Of a DNA stretch of 64,000 bases, positions 44,564 through 56,003 are shown piece after piece (the stretch's first letter is position 1; every line of letters begins with the position of its first letter). Made by a program: the position numbers and the translations under genes. The notes under the pieces were generated by a model. The model did no database searches. It was not told the DNA's origin and was given only the letters and a program-made list of their open reading frames with translations. Location of the stretch: the IMG/VR virus record IMGVR_UViG_3300027708_000024; one strand, written 5' to 3'. The stretch comes from a virus.

Positions 44564-46638
44564 TGGCAACGGCCAACAATAATTTGCAGATTTCGGAATT
44601 AGATTTCAATAATATCAAAGCAAGTCTTACAAGCTTTCTAAAAAGTCAGGACACATTCAAGGACTATAATTTTACAGGTTCTGGTCTAAATGTACTTCTT
44701 GATGTTTTAGCATACAATACTCAATATAATGCATACTATCTGAATATGGTGGCAAATGAGATGTTCTTAGATAGTGCAACACAAAGAGAATCTGTAGTTT
44801 CTCACGCAAAAGAATTGAATTATATACCAAGATCAGTGATTACACCGACTGCAACAGTAGATGTGGTAGTAACAGGACTCAGCACAAATTCATTAACATT
44901 ACCAAAATATTCAACATTTATTTCTGAAAATATTGATGGAAAAAATTATCCTTTCGTAAGTATTGACAATCAGACAGTTAATGTTGTTGCCAATACAGCA
45001 ACATTCAGTAACCTAACAATCAAACAAGGTATTCCTGTAACGTATAGTTTTACTTATAATCAGACATCAAATTTAAAAGCAATGTTTGATTTACAAGATA
45101 TGAATGTGGATACAACTACACTGGAAGTTGAGGTATACCCCAATTCTTCAAATAGTGAATATGATGTATATAATCTATCTAATGACTATCTGACATTGAA
45201 TGGTGAATCTAAAGTATATTTTCTACAAGAAGGAATAAATGGTAAATATCAAATATATTTTGGCGACGGAGTTTTGGGTAAACAATTAGAAGATGGTAGC
45301 AAAGTATCAGTATCGTATATCGTGACAAAAGGTATGGCGGCCGCTGGTGCAAATAATTTCACTCTTACAACATCACTAGGTGGTACTGCGGTAGTCAACT
45401 CTTTGACTTCGGCAACATCTGGTTCAGACAGAGAATCAATCGATTCGATTAAGTTTCAAGCACCAAAAGCGTATTCTGCACAAAATCGTGCAGTCAGTAA
45501 AAATGATTATATTACTGCAATTCAACAAAATAATTTAGGTTTCTCTTTTGATTCTGTTAATGTATGGGGTGGAGAACAAAATGATCCACCAGTGTATGGC
45601 CAAGTCTTTATATCAATGAAACCTGCAGGTGCGTATGTATTTACAGAAACGCAAAAACAACGAATTATTTCTGAAGTTATTAAACCTGTTAGCATTCTTA
45701 CGGTAACACCAACGATTGTTGATCCCGACTATATCTATATTAAATTAAATATAACTGCTTATTATGATCCAACAAAAACTAATTTAACTGCGGCACAATT
45801 AGAAAATGGAATAAAAAATTCTGTTCAGAATTTTGCAGCAAATACATTAAATACATTCAATTCAACATTTAATTCGTATGAATTATTAACTACAATTCAA
45901 AATTATGACCAGTCAGTCATTACGAGTGAATTTAAAATAAATTTGCAGAAGAAGTTTTTTCCAAATTTGACAGGACCAACTACATATAATTTGTATTATA
46001 ATACTCCACTAGAAAAAGGAATATTATTAAGTGGTATAAGTAGTTCGCCAGGATTACAATTTAGAGATCCTTTAACTCCAACACTCATAATCGATCAAAT
46101 TTATATCGAAGAAGTCCCATCTTCAACGCATGGAGTTGAGTCTTTGTCGATTTTGAATCCAGGATTTGGATATCAATATGCACCAACAATAACAATATTA
46201 GGTGATGGTACAGGAGCAACAGCACATGCAGTCATCGTTGCTGGTTCAATTTATAGTATTGTTATCGATACACCAGGTGATGGATATACAAGTGCGATTG
46301 CAACAGTCACACCACACCCTGGAGATACAACAGGTAAATTAGCATCATTAACAGTGAATCTTGCCGGTAGATATGGTACACTAAGAACATATTATAATAA
46401 TACAAAAAATGTCAAGACAATATATAATTCTAATATCGGAACAGTAGATTATCAGACTGGACTTGTAACTTTAAATGGATTTAATCCAATTAACGTCGAT
46501 AATGATTTAGGTCAACTTGCAGTGACAGTCACGCCAACATCATCTATTATTTCATCATCATATAATAGAATAATTACAGTTGATCCTTATGATCCAACAG
46601 CAATTACAGTCAGTCTCATAGCAAAAACTAATAAATGA
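44563..46638 (+). CDS. gp6: Baseplate wedge gp6
   Basis: LDF..IK..L..FL, DYNF.GSGL..LLD.LAYNT, FGDG.LG, ESIDSI...AP, QNRAV...DY, WGGE.N.PP.YG. Confidence 0.95.
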   Translation: MATANNNLQISELDFNNIKASLTSFLKSQDTFKDYNFTGSGLNVLLDVLAYNTQYNAYYLNMVANEMFLDSATQRESVVSHAKELNYIPRSVITPTATVDVVVTGLSTNSLTLPKYSTFISENIDGKNYPFVSIDNQTVNVVANTATFSNLTIKQGIPVTYSFTYNQTSNLKAMFDLQDMNVDTTTLEVEVYPNSSNSEYDVYNLSNDYLTLNGESKVYFLQEGINGKYQIYFGDGVLGKQLEDGSKVSVSYIVTKGMAAAGANNFTLTTSLGGTAVVNSLTSATSGSDRESIDSIKFQAPKAYSAQNRAVSKNDYITAIQQNNLGFSFDSVNVWGGEQNDPPVYGQVFISMKPAGAYVFTETQKQRIISEVIKPVSILTVTPTIVDPDYIYIKLNITAYYDPTKTNLTAAQLENGIKNSVQNFAANTLNTFNSTFNSYELLTTIQNYDQSVITSEFKINLQKKFFPNLTGPTTYNLYYNTPLEKGILLSGISSSPGLQFRDPLTPTLIIDQIYIEEVPSSTHGVESLSILNPGFGYQYAPTITILGDGTGATAHAVIVAGSIYSIVIDTPGDGYTSAIATVTPHPGDTTGKLASLTVNLAGRYGTLRTYYNNTKNVKTIYNSNIGTVDYQTGLVTLNGFNPINVDNDLGQLAVTVTPTSSIISSSYNRIITVDPYDPTAITVSLIAKTNK

Positions 46639-49400
46639 TAGAAACTAGTCAAAAAACATCGTTACTTGTCAAGTATCAACTTCCTGAATTTATTCGGGAT
46701 AATCCTTCATACTCTAAATTTGTAGAATTTTTGCAAAAATATTATGAGTGGACGGAGCAGAATGACAACATCTATGACAGATCAAAGAATCTTTTAAATT
46801 ATCAAGATATTGATAATACATCAAATGAATTTCTACAATATTTTTATAATGATCTACTGCCTTATTTTCCAACTAAGATTGCCGCAGACAAACGAAAAGT
46901 ATTAAAGATAGCAAAAGAATTATATAAAACAAAAGGAACACCAAATTCATATAAGTTTCTTTTTAGAGCATTTTATAATTCAGATGTTGATATTTTCTAT
47001 ACAAAAGATGCCGTTCTTAGGGCATCTTCAGGTAAATGGTACTTACCTAAAAGTTTAAAACTTGCCACGGAAGATAGAAATTTTTTAAAAACAAACAATC
47101 TTAGAATATTTGGTGAAACATCAAAATCAATTGCAACAATCGAAAATTCAGTTGTTGCTGGAACAAAAACAGAAATATTCATTTCCAATATTGAACGTCT
47201 GTTTCAGTCAGGTGAAACGGTTCGTATTGTTGATAATAATAATCAATCTGTTTATTTTTTAGATGGAAAAATAGTTCAACCAGATACACCAGGCGCAGAA
47301 ATACTAAGAGCAAAACTTGTTGGTCAAATTAGTTCAGTAAATATTGATCCAAAAAATAGAGGAACACTTTATCGTGTTGGTGATCCTGTTGTTTTTTATG
47401 GTGGATTAAATTCAATTACAGGTTATGGTGCGACCGCATTGATTGGTTCAGTAACCTCTGGTTCTATTCAACGTGTTCTTGTTGCTACTGGTGGGTATGG
47501 GTACACCGAAGCACCAAATACAGTTATTGATGTGACAAATGCGCCTGGAGCAATACTGACTGTTGGTAGTGTGGATACAACGAAGCCAGCAAATGTAACT
47601 TTTCTTCCAAGTGATACTATTGCTTTATCTGTATATACAACAATTGGTAATACACAATATTCATTCTTTTCAAACAACATGACCGCAAATGCAAATACAA
47701 AATTGTCTGATGCATTTGAATTTTTATCATATACAACATATCCAATTTCTTCGGTTATTGTACAAAATGGTGGTGGAGGAATTTTTGATATTCCAGTTGT
47801 TACTGCTCGATCTTTATTTTCAAATAATATTTCTCGCCTCGCAGGATTTCCACCAGAAAATAATTTAGCAGCATTAGGTATTCTTGCACCAATGATTATT
47901 CAAAATGGTGGTTTGGGCTATGTTGCAAATGATAAAATCATTATCTCTGGCGGTTCGGGAACAGGTGCATTTGCAAATGTAACAAATGTCTCATCAAATG
48001 GTACCATAACTCAAGTCGATTATGTTTATGATGGAGATATTGTTGATTATCCATTAGGTGGGTTTGGATACAAAATAGATAATTTACCAAGATTGAGTGT
48101 TGTTTCTGCAAATGCACAAGCATATGGTGCGTCTATAGCAGTTCGCGGAATCTTGGGTGCGGGTGCAACATTCTCAGTTCAAACAGATCGTGTTGGTGCT
48201 ATTACCACAATTAATGTATCAGATTTTGGTGAAGATTATGTTGCTGCACCAAACGTATCGTTAAGAATTCAAGATATGGTAGTTTCTAATTTGAGTATTA
48301 GTTTATTACCACAAAAAGATGACATTGTGTATCAAGGCACATCATATAATACCTCAAGCTATCATGCAAATGTTGCATCAGTCACGTTACTTGTTCCTGA
48401 TGATGATCCTAGAAAGAGTTTATATAATCTTAGAGTATATAATTATACATCAACACCAAATACATCATTAACTCTGAATACAAATTCTGGTGTTGTGATG
48501 AACACATCTTCGTATCCATATGCAAATACTGTTGGTTATAATTTAGATGGTTTAAAAACTTACGGTGATGGAACAGCAAAAGCAGCTGCAAAATTTTTAA
48601 ATGGCTTAACAATTGGTCAAGGTCAATACCTAGATACAACGGGACAACCCAGTTCTTTTGATGTTTTGCAAAATCAAGAATATAATAATTACACATATAA
48701 ATTGACAGTAGAAAAAGAAATTGCAAAATACAGAGAACCATTACTAAACTTGTTGCACCCAACAGGAACACATGTTATTGGTAGATATGCTGTTAAATCT
48801 TCTGCTAATGTTACGCCATATGTGACAAATACAATGACAAGAGGTCACACGTTAGCATATTACGTTGATGCAGTAGGTTCATATGCAACAATGCAAGCAG
48901 ATTTTACAAATCAAAGTAATAATATAATTACTTTGCATAATCTTAAACCAACAACAAATATTGCAGCATTTATAAATTCTAATAATTGGATTGAATTAAA
49001 TTCTGAAACTGGACCAAATGTATACTCTCAAGTCATTTCAGTTGATGCAACATCGAACACCATAATTATTAAAGATAATGTATGGTTAACTTTTGCTAAT
49101 GTTGCTTATGTTACAGGAAACTCTGGTTCTAACGTCATAAATATAACATCACTGACAGGATCATATGATATCATAAACAATGGAAATTACAGTAATACTG
49201 CGTATCCATTACATGATATTGTTTTTGCTGGAGATATAATTCTAGTTGCTAATAATACACAAAAGACAGTATCTGGTGTTGATTATGATGCAGGATTACT
49301 ATTCTTGAGTTCAAACTTAACAGCAGATGCAAATTCGGTAATGTCTGTTAATAGAACGGCAAATACAACAAATGTTAAAATATTCGCAACCAATCAATAG
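46635..49400 (+). CDS. gp7: Baseplate wedge initiator gp7
   Basis: QLPEFI, F..FL..YYEW, LY..KGT..SY..LFR, LLHPTG; synteny 6-7-8. Confidence 0.85.
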   Translation: MIETSQKTSLLVKYQLPEFIRDNPSYSKFVEFLQKYYEWTEQNDNIYDRSKNLLNYQDIDNTSNEFLQYFYNDLLPYFPTKIAADKRKVLKIAKELYKTKGTPNSYKFLFRAFYNSDVDIFYTKDAVLRASSGKWYLPKSLKLATEDRNFLKTNNLRIFGETSKSIATIENSVVAGTKTEIFISNIERLFQSGETVRIVDNNNQSVYFLDGKIVQPDTPGAEILRAKLVGQISSVNIDPKNRGTLYRVGDPVVFYGGLNSITGYGATALIGSVTSGSIQRVLVATGGYGYTEAPNTVIDVTNAPGAILTVGSVDTTKPANVTFLPSDTIALSVYTTIGNTQYSFFSNNMTANANTKLSDAFEFLSYTTYPISSVIVQNGGGGIFDIPVVTARSLFSNNISRLAGFPPENNLAALGILAPMIIQNGGLGYVANDKIIISGGSGTGAFANVTNVSSNGTITQVDYVYDGDIVDYPLGGFGYKIDNLPRLSVVSANAQAYGASIAVRGILGAGATFSVQTDRVGAITTINVSDFGEDYVAAPNVSLRIQDMVVSNLSISLLPQKDDIVYQGTSYNTSSYHANVASVTLLVPDDDPRKSLYNLRVYNYTSTPNTSLTLNTNSGVVMNTSSYPYANTVGYNLDGLKTYGDGTAKAAAKFLNGLTIGQGQYLDTTGQPSSFDVLQNQEYNNYTYKLTVEKEIAKYREPLLNLLHPTGTHVIGRYAVKSSANVTPYVTNTMTRGHTLAYYVDAVGSYATMQADFTNQSNNIITLHNLKPTTNIAAFINSNNWIELNSETGPNVYSQVISVDATSNTIIIKDNVWLTFANVAYVTGNSGSNVINITSLTGSYDIINNGNYSNTAYPLHDIVFAGDIILVANNTQKTVSGVDYDAGLLFLSSNLTADANSVMSVNRTANTTNVKIFATNQ

Positions 49401-49407
49401 ATAAGTT

Positions 49408-50829
49408 ATGGCAAATCAATCTCTCTTTACATATGCAGGAAAAGTAGCAGAAGTAGAACACGTTTACTTCTCACCTATTGCAACTCTGCCTGCACCAATT
49501 AATCAAGTAATTGGTACAACATATTGTTTTTTGTCAAAAGTTCATCCTTGGTTCAATGAAAACGATCCTCCGGTACCACAACAGGATCAGAAATACATAA
49601 AAAATGTGTTCAAGAACATGTTTGTAGCAAAAAGAGTACGAGCTAATAATATATCTCCAGTTGCAGAAAGAATAGACTGGACAACAGGCACAGTGTATGA
49701 TTATTATCAAGATGACATTGATCTGTTTCAGACAGATTCCAATGGTAAATTAATTTATAAATTTTATGTAAAAAATAGGTACGATCAAGTTTTTAAATGT
49801 CTTTGGAACAGTTATAATACAACGTCAGTAAACGAGCCATTTTTTCAACCCGGAACATATGGAACAAATAATATCTTTACTGGTGCTGATGATGGATATA
49901 AATGGAAATATATCTATACCGTAGATTTAGCATCAAAACAAAATTTTATGGATGCAAATTATATGCCTGTTCCAGTTGGGGCATATACACCAAACGGACT
50001 GCAAACCAATCCAACTTCAAAAATTAAATGTGGATATGGAAGTATTGATGTAATTAACGTACTAGAGAATGGCAGTGATTATGATCCAGTAACAAATGTT
50101 GTCTCTGTAGTAATTACTGGAGATGGAATTGGTGCATCAGCAACAGCAGAAGTTGCCAATGGAGCAATAAGCAATATTATTGTCACAAACCCAGGGATGA
50201 ATTATACTACTGCAACAGCGACTATCGTATCAGATAACGGTAGTGGTGCAGTATTGTATGCGCCTACATCACCAATAGGTGGTCATGGATTTGATGCGGT
50301 GTCAGAACTTGGTTGCTCAAAAGTTATGTTTGTTACTGAATTCAACGGTTCAGAAGGTGGACTCATTCCAACAGATATGGAATATAGACAATTAGGATTA
50401 GTAATTAATCCTGTTGCATTGAGTACCTATGTTGAAGCAACAGACACGGCAAATCCAGCAGAAGGAGTAATATATAAAACAACAATGGATTTTGTAGTAT
50501 CATCTGGATTTGGAATATATGTTAGTGATGCACTAGTATTTCAGGTACCAATAGGTGCACCAGTAGACATAAACAATGCATGTTTTATTGGAACAGTTTT
50601 GAGTTTCAATCAAACAACAAATGTAATCAAGTTAATAAATACTACAGGAACGTATATAACTAATGCTCCAGTATACGGAAATACATCTAAGACAACTCGA
50701 ACTTTGTTATCAGTAAGTTTACCAGATTTTCAAGTATTGTCTGGATATTTATCATATATTGAAAATCGATCAGGCATTCAAAGAAGTGCAGACGGCATAG
50801 AACAAGTAAAAATTGTATTACAATACTAA
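49408..50829 (+). CDS. gp8: Baseplate wedge gp8
   Basis: R.DW..GT.YD.Y, FYV....QVFKCL.N, DGYKWKY.YT, GGHG.D...ELG, YRQ.GL, Y.ENR. Confidence 0.9.
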   Translation: MANQSLFTYAGKVAEVEHVYFSPIATLPAPINQVIGTTYCFLSKVHPWFNENDPPVPQQDQKYIKNVFKNMFVAKRVRANNISPVAERIDWTTGTVYDYYQDDIDLFQTDSNGKLIYKFYVKNRYDQVFKCLWNSYNTTSVNEPFFQPGTYGTNNIFTGADDGYKWKYIYTVDLASKQNFMDANYMPVPVGAYTPNGLQTNPTSKIKCGYGSIDVINVLENGSDYDPVTNVVSVVITGDGIGASATAEVANGAISNIIVTNPGMNYTTATATIVSDNGSGAVLYAPTSPIGGHGFDAVSELGCSKVMFVTEFNGSEGGLIPTDMEYRQLGLVINPVALSTYVEATDTANPAEGVIYKTTMDFVVSSGFGIYVSDALVFQVPIGAPVDINNACFIGTVLSFNQTTNVIKLINTTGTYITNAPVYGNTSKTTRTLLSVSLPDFQVLSGYLSYIENRSGIQRSADGIEQVKIVLQY

Positions 50830-50838
50830 AGGAATAAA

Positions 50839-53800
50839 ATGAAGAATTTTAATGTTGATCCGTACTATGATGATTTTGACCCAAGTAAAAATTTTCATAG
50901 AATTTTGTTTAAACCAGGATATGCTGTTCAAGCAAGAGAATTAACACAGGCTCAAACAATATTACAAGATCAAATTTCTAAATTTGCGGATAATATTTTT
51001 AAACAAAATACACCAGTAACTGGTGGTAAGGTAACTGTAAATCTTAATGCATATTATGTACAACTGAATACACAGTATAACGGTCAGAATGTTGTCGCAC
51101 AAGATTTTCTTAATAAAGTAATTGCTGATTCTACAGGAACAATTTTAGCAAAAGTTATCGCAACCGCAGAAGGCACTGGTACTTCTGTTGTGGCTGGAGA
51201 TCCACCAACACTAATTCTTTCGTATCTATCAGGTGTACATTTTTCTGATGGTGATGTTTTAGTTCCTACAGATGGTACCAATATTGGTGCCACAGTTGCA
51301 ATTTCAATAGCAAATGCACCATCAACAGGAAAATCATCCGTTGCATCGATTTCTGATGGTGTTTTTTATGTTGTCAATGGATATTCACAATCTTCAGTAC
51401 AAAATCAAGACGGAAGTTATACAAAATATTCTATTGGTAATTTTGTATCTGTCCAACCACAAACTATTATTCTTGACAAATATAGTAACACACCATCATA
51501 TCGTGTTGGATTATCAATAACCGAAACAATTGCAGATTATATTAATGATCCTTCATTATTAGATCCAGCAATCGGCGCATCAAATTACCAAGCACCTGGT
51601 GCAGACAGATACCAAATTATTTTATCATTAATTACATTCCCTCTGACAGTGGGTAACGATGATGCATTTATTGAATTAGTTAGAATAGATCAAGGTAATG
51701 TAATCAAACAGGTAAATGGAACAGTTTATGCTGTAATTGATGATTATTTTGCAAAACGTGATTATGAAACAAATGGTGACTATGTTGTTGATGAATTTAG
51801 ACTAACGCCATCCGCAAACACACTGTATACATCAAAATATGATTTAAGTGTTAGTAAAGGTGTTGCATATGTTCATGGTTATAGAATTGAGAATCAAGCA
51901 AGCATAACATTAACAAGTGATAGAGCCCAAACAACAACAGCAATTGATAATAATGGTGTATATATTGATTATGGTTCATATTTTTATGTTGATACCGTAA
52001 CTGGCACGTTCGATGTTACCACAATGCCAACAGTTGATTTTCATTGTGTTTCGGCATCTGATATTGTATCATCTAATGTAAAAAATTACACATCAACATT
52101 AGTTGGCACTGGTTATATTAGAAATCTAAATTTTGATTACAATATGTCTGGTGATGCAGATACAGATTATTATGTCTATAAAGCATATGTTTGTGATATT
52201 GTTACAAATACACTGACAGGTAATGCTGCATCGGGAACAACAAATACAATCACATTTAATAATACAAATCATAAATTTTCTCGTTCAGCGAATGCATACT
52301 ATGGAGCAACAATTACAATTACTGCCGGAACGAGTGTCGGTGACTCTAGAAAAATTGTATCATATAATGGTAGCACAAGAGTTGCTACAGTAGATCAACC
52401 GTTCAGTGTTGTTCCCGATTCAACAAGTGCATTTAGTCTTGCATTTACGATAGGAACAATAGATTCAATAGCAAAAGCAAACAGCACTTATGCAGTTCTT
52501 GCTTCTGCAAATATTAATGCACAAAGTAAACTCAGAAATATTGTAACAAACGATACAATATTAGGAAATGCAGGTTATCCAGAAATGTTGTTTAAGATTG
52601 GATATCCATATGTTGCATCAATTACTGATTCTAATTATAGTTCAACAAAAGTATTTCGTTCAAAAACATTTACAAACTCCAGTGGTACACCAACAATAAC
52701 AATCAGCATACCATCAGGCACACCCTTAAAGTTCTTAGGAACAGGTACGTTACATAGTGATACCATTAAACAGAATTATACGGTTATTGATCATGCTACA
52801 GGTAAAGTTTTAGATTTATGCACAACAGGGAATACTGTTACGGTTGCTGCGAATAGTTCAACTGTAACATTTACTTCTACTGAATATAATGGTAAAATTG
52901 TTGATATTATTACAAATGTTTCTGTTGCAAATGCAGATTATCAAACAAGTGGTCATGTATTAAAAATTAAAAATTTAGTTTCTGGCAATACAACAGATCC
53001 TATTGCACATACTTCTGGTACAGTAATTAGAACAAATACATATGTTGATACGGCAGACGGTCAAGTCTATATTAAAAATGCAGCATTGAGTACAAATAAA
53101 ATGTCGTTGTATGTTGCTGACGTAAAGAAAATTAAAAAAATTATTGACACAAGAAGTCCAACTGCAATACCAACAGCATCAATGATGTTAAATTCAACCT
53201 ATGATGTAACAACATCTTTTAGATTGGATAATGGTCAACGGGACAATATGTATGATCATGCATCAATTCAATTGATTCCTGGTGCACCTATGCCTGTTGG
53301 TAATATTTTGATTGTGTTTGATTACTATTCGCACACAGGCGGTGATGGATATTTTAGTGTTATGTCATATCTTGCACCATTGTCTAGTTCACCAGAACCA
53401 ACAATTGCAACAATTCCTTCATATACAAGTAGTCATGGCACATTATATAATCTTGAGGATAGTTTAGATTTTAGACCATCAAGAAAAAATGCAGTAACAT
53501 CCTACACGTTTGAAACAACAGGCACACCAAGTGTAGATGATACTGGTATTTTAATTCCTTCTAATCTGAGTCAATTCACACACAATTATTCATATTATCT
53601 TGGAAGAAAAGACAAATTAATCTTAACCAAAGATCAATCATTTAAGATTATTAATGGCACACCTTCGACAAATCCACTTTTACCCAAAGAACCAGACGGG
53701 TCGTTAGTTCTTGCAGAGTTGAGTCTTGATCCATATACCGCATATGTTCCCGGTGAAGGACCACCTGGAGTAATATCAAATTTATCAATTAATAAAATTC

Positions 53801-55974
53801 TGCATAAACGTTGGGCAAAAAGTGATATAACTGATTTACAAACGCAGTTAAATAATCTTGAATATTATACATCATTGAATATGCTTGAACAGAGAGCATC
53901 CGCATTACAAGTATCAGATGTCAATGGGTTAAACCGTTTTAAAAATGGTATTCTTGTTGATGATTTCTCATCTTATTCTACTGCCGATACATTTAATCCA
54001 GATTATTTTGCAAATATTAATACACGAACGAAACAACTATCGCCGACAACAATTGTTAATAATTTTCAATTGCAAAACCCAACAGTTCTTAGCACATTAG
54101 GAACACTAGCAAATACAACAGGATATAGTGTTAAAAGCATCGCAGGAACACAAACTAATATTTTTACATTACCATATACCACTGCCAATGTTGTAACACA
54201 ACAACTTGCAAGTAATACAGTCAGTGTTAATCCATTCAATGTTACAATTCAAGAAGGTATTGGTACATTAAATCCACCTATGGATAACTGGGTGGATAAT
54301 ACAAATGCACCTGCAATTCTGATTACCGATCCTGCGATGCAAGTTTTTCAACAAAGTGCTGGTGTTAACCTAACAAATAGTGGTGATTTTCAAACTATTC
54401 CTGGAACAACATCAACCTCAACATCATCTGTTAGAACTGGTAGAGTAGTTGCATCGACTACATCAACATATGGTTCGCAAATTCAAAATCAATCTACTAC
54501 TGAAGGATATAGTCCAGTATCATCAACATATGCTTCAAACAATGGGTATTTGACAAATGTTGCAGTATTACCTTATATTAGACCACAGCAAATAATTGTT
54601 AGTTCTAAAGGACTTTTAGTTAATACACCAGTAAGTGCATGGTTTGATGGTCAAGATGTGAGTGCATATATTACTACACCAAATACTATTGAGTTGACTG
54701 ATGTTTCTGGTAAATTTTTAACGAATGATGTTGTTGGTTTCTATCTTGCTGACAATGATACATTTTATCCTATTGGTAGAGTTACTTCAGTATACACATA
54801 TCCAAAAGTAACAGGCCAATCGACAAAAGTAAGATTGTATATGGGAACGTTTATTGGTTTACCCGCAACAGTTGCAACTACTACATTGAGAAATGCACAC
54901 TTTGATTCAAATGGTAATTATATTAATTATGCTTCTGATTCAAAAGCAGCAAGTGGTAAAACTTTAAACGATGCAATTATTTCATTGAGTAGGTCTGGAA
55001 ATATTACTGCCGCGGGTGGTAGTTTTACAATATCAGGAAATACTGTTGCTCAATCAATGTACAAGACTCCAACATACAGTACATATTGTTCGTTCTTAAA
55101 TCAATATGGTGTTTGGGGTACACCAAATAATTCATCAACATACAATGCATCATTTATTATAGAAAATATACCAGCAGATACGTATACATTTACATCATCC
55201 GCACATACTGGCGCTGTCATAAAGGCGAACGGAAGACCTATAGTAAATGTTTCAAGTTGGACAACAACAACAACAAACACAGTATCTCTTCCGGAAGGAA
55301 CAGCCAACCTATCGATTTCAGCAACTAATAGTTCTGGTGGTGCAGCAGTTGCAGTAACGGTTGCAAATTCAAAAGGTAATATTGTGTGGACATCATTAAA
55401 TCCACCAGGATTAACCCGATCAAATGTTAAAACGGAATTAGTGATGCCTTTAGGTGGCGCATGGTTTGAAGGTGTGACTGCTGTACAGTTAGACTCAAAT
55501 GCATCTGCAAATAATGAGTATTACACAGGAACAACTATCAATATTACATCAAAGTACATTTATAGTTTCACTTATGGTGCAACGTATGTTCCACCAAAAA
55601 AGAAAAGTAGTTGCTGTGTCGTTGCAACTGCAATGACTAATAGTGGAAATATGTCGCTTATGAAATATGCAAGAATTAATGCATGGGCGACCAATAAATT
55701 AGATAAAAGTTGGATAGGCGAACGTTTTCATAGAGGTTATCATATTATAGGATCAAATATTCTTATTCCTATGATGAGACAAAATAATATACTATCAAAA
55801 TATGTACAATGGTCATTTAGTAATGGTACCAATATGCTGATGGGTAAAAAATATAATAAATGGTCTATACCAAATAGCATACCTTGGTTAACCGCAATGA
55901 TGATAACTGGACTATTTGTGAGTAAAGAGTATGCAGAGAAAACATGGAATTCTTTGTATAAAAAAAAGCAATAA
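50839..55974 (+). CDS. Large virion structural protein (DUF4815/VrlC-like), N-terminal part plus appended Cys-initiated domain
   Basis: PYYDDFD...FHRILFKPG.AVQARELTQ.Q, APGADR, LDFRP, LEYYTSL, RFKNG..VD.F. Confidence 0.85.
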   Translation: MKNFNVDPYYDDFDPSKNFHRILFKPGYAVQARELTQAQTILQDQISKFADNIFKQNTPVTGGKVTVNLNAYYVQLNTQYNGQNVVAQDFLNKVIADSTGTILAKVIATAEGTGTSVVAGDPPTLILSYLSGVHFSDGDVLVPTDGTNIGATVAISIANAPSTGKSSVASISDGVFYVVNGYSQSSVQNQDGSYTKYSIGNFVSVQPQTIILDKYSNTPSYRVGLSITETIADYINDPSLLDPAIGASNYQAPGADRYQIILSLITFPLTVGNDDAFIELVRIDQGNVIKQVNGTVYAVIDDYFAKRDYETNGDYVVDEFRLTPSANTLYTSKYDLSVSKGVAYVHGYRIENQASITLTSDRAQTTTAIDNNGVYIDYGSYFYVDTVTGTFDVTTMPTVDFHCVSASDIVSSNVKNYTSTLVGTGYIRNLNFDYNMSGDADTDYYVYKAYVCDIVTNTLTGNAASGTTNTITFNNTNHKFSRSANAYYGATITITAGTSVGDSRKIVSYNGSTRVATVDQPFSVVPDSTSAFSLAFTIGTIDSIAKANSTYAVLASANINAQSKLRNIVTNDTILGNAGYPEMLFKIGYPYVASITDSNYSSTKVFRSKTFTNSSGTPTITISIPSGTPLKFLGTGTLHSDTIKQNYTVIDHATGKVLDLCTTGNTVTVAANSSTVTFTSTEYNGKIVDIITNVSVANADYQTSGHVLKIKNLVSGNTTDPIAHTSGTVIRTNTYVDTADGQVYIKNAALSTNKMSLYVADVKKIKKIIDTRSPTAIPTASMMLNSTYDVTTSFRLDNGQRDNMYDHASIQLIPGAPMPVGNILIVFDYYSHTGGDGYFSVMSYLAPLSSSPEPTIATIPSYTSSHGTLYNLEDSLDFRPSRKNAVTSYTFETTGTPSVDDTGILIPSNLSQFTHNYSYYLGRKDKLILTKDQSFKIINGTPSTNPLLPKEPDGSLVLAELSLDPYTAYVPGEGPPGVISNLSINKILHKRWAKSDITDLQTQLNNLEYYTSLNMLEQRASALQVSDVNGLNRFKNGILVDDFSSYSTADTFNPDYFANINTRTKQLSPTTIVNNFQLQNPTVLSTLGTLANTTGYSVKSIAGTQTNIFTLPYTTANVVTQQLASNTVSVNPFNVTIQEGIGTLNPPMDNWVDNTNAPAILITDPAMQVFQQSAGVNLTNSGDFQTIPGTTSTSTSSVRTGRVVASTTSTYGSQIQNQSTTEGYSPVSSTYASNNGYLTNVAVLPYIRPQQIIVSSKGLLVNTPVSAWFDGQDVSAYITTPNTIELTDVSGKFLTNDVVGFYLADNDTFYPIGRVTSVYTYPKVTGQSTKVRLYMGTFIGLPATVATTTLRNAHFDSNGNYINYASDSKAASGKTLNDAIISLSRSGNITAAGGSFTISGNTVAQSMYKTPTYSTYCSFLNQYGVWGTPNNSSTYNASFIIENIPADTYTFTSSAHTGAVIKANGRPIVNVSSWTTTTTNTVSLPEGTANLSISATNSSGGAAVAVTVANSKGNIVWTSLNPPGLTRSNVKTELVMPLGGAWFEGVTAVQLDSNASANNEYYTGTTINITSKYIYSFTYGATYVPPKKKSSCCVVATAMTNSGNMSLMKYARINAWATNKLDKSWIGERFHRGYHIIGSNILIPMMRQNNILSKYVQWSFSNGTNMLMGKKYNKWSIPNSIPWLTAMMITGLFVSKEYAEKTWNSLYKKKQ

Positions 55975-56003
55975 ATAATTAATTGAACATTTTAGGAAAA
56001 TAA

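Noticed and set aside
55612-55974. Intein/Hint domain
   Set aside because: It starts with Cys but lacks the TxxH and terminal HN motifs; reported instead as an unknown module.
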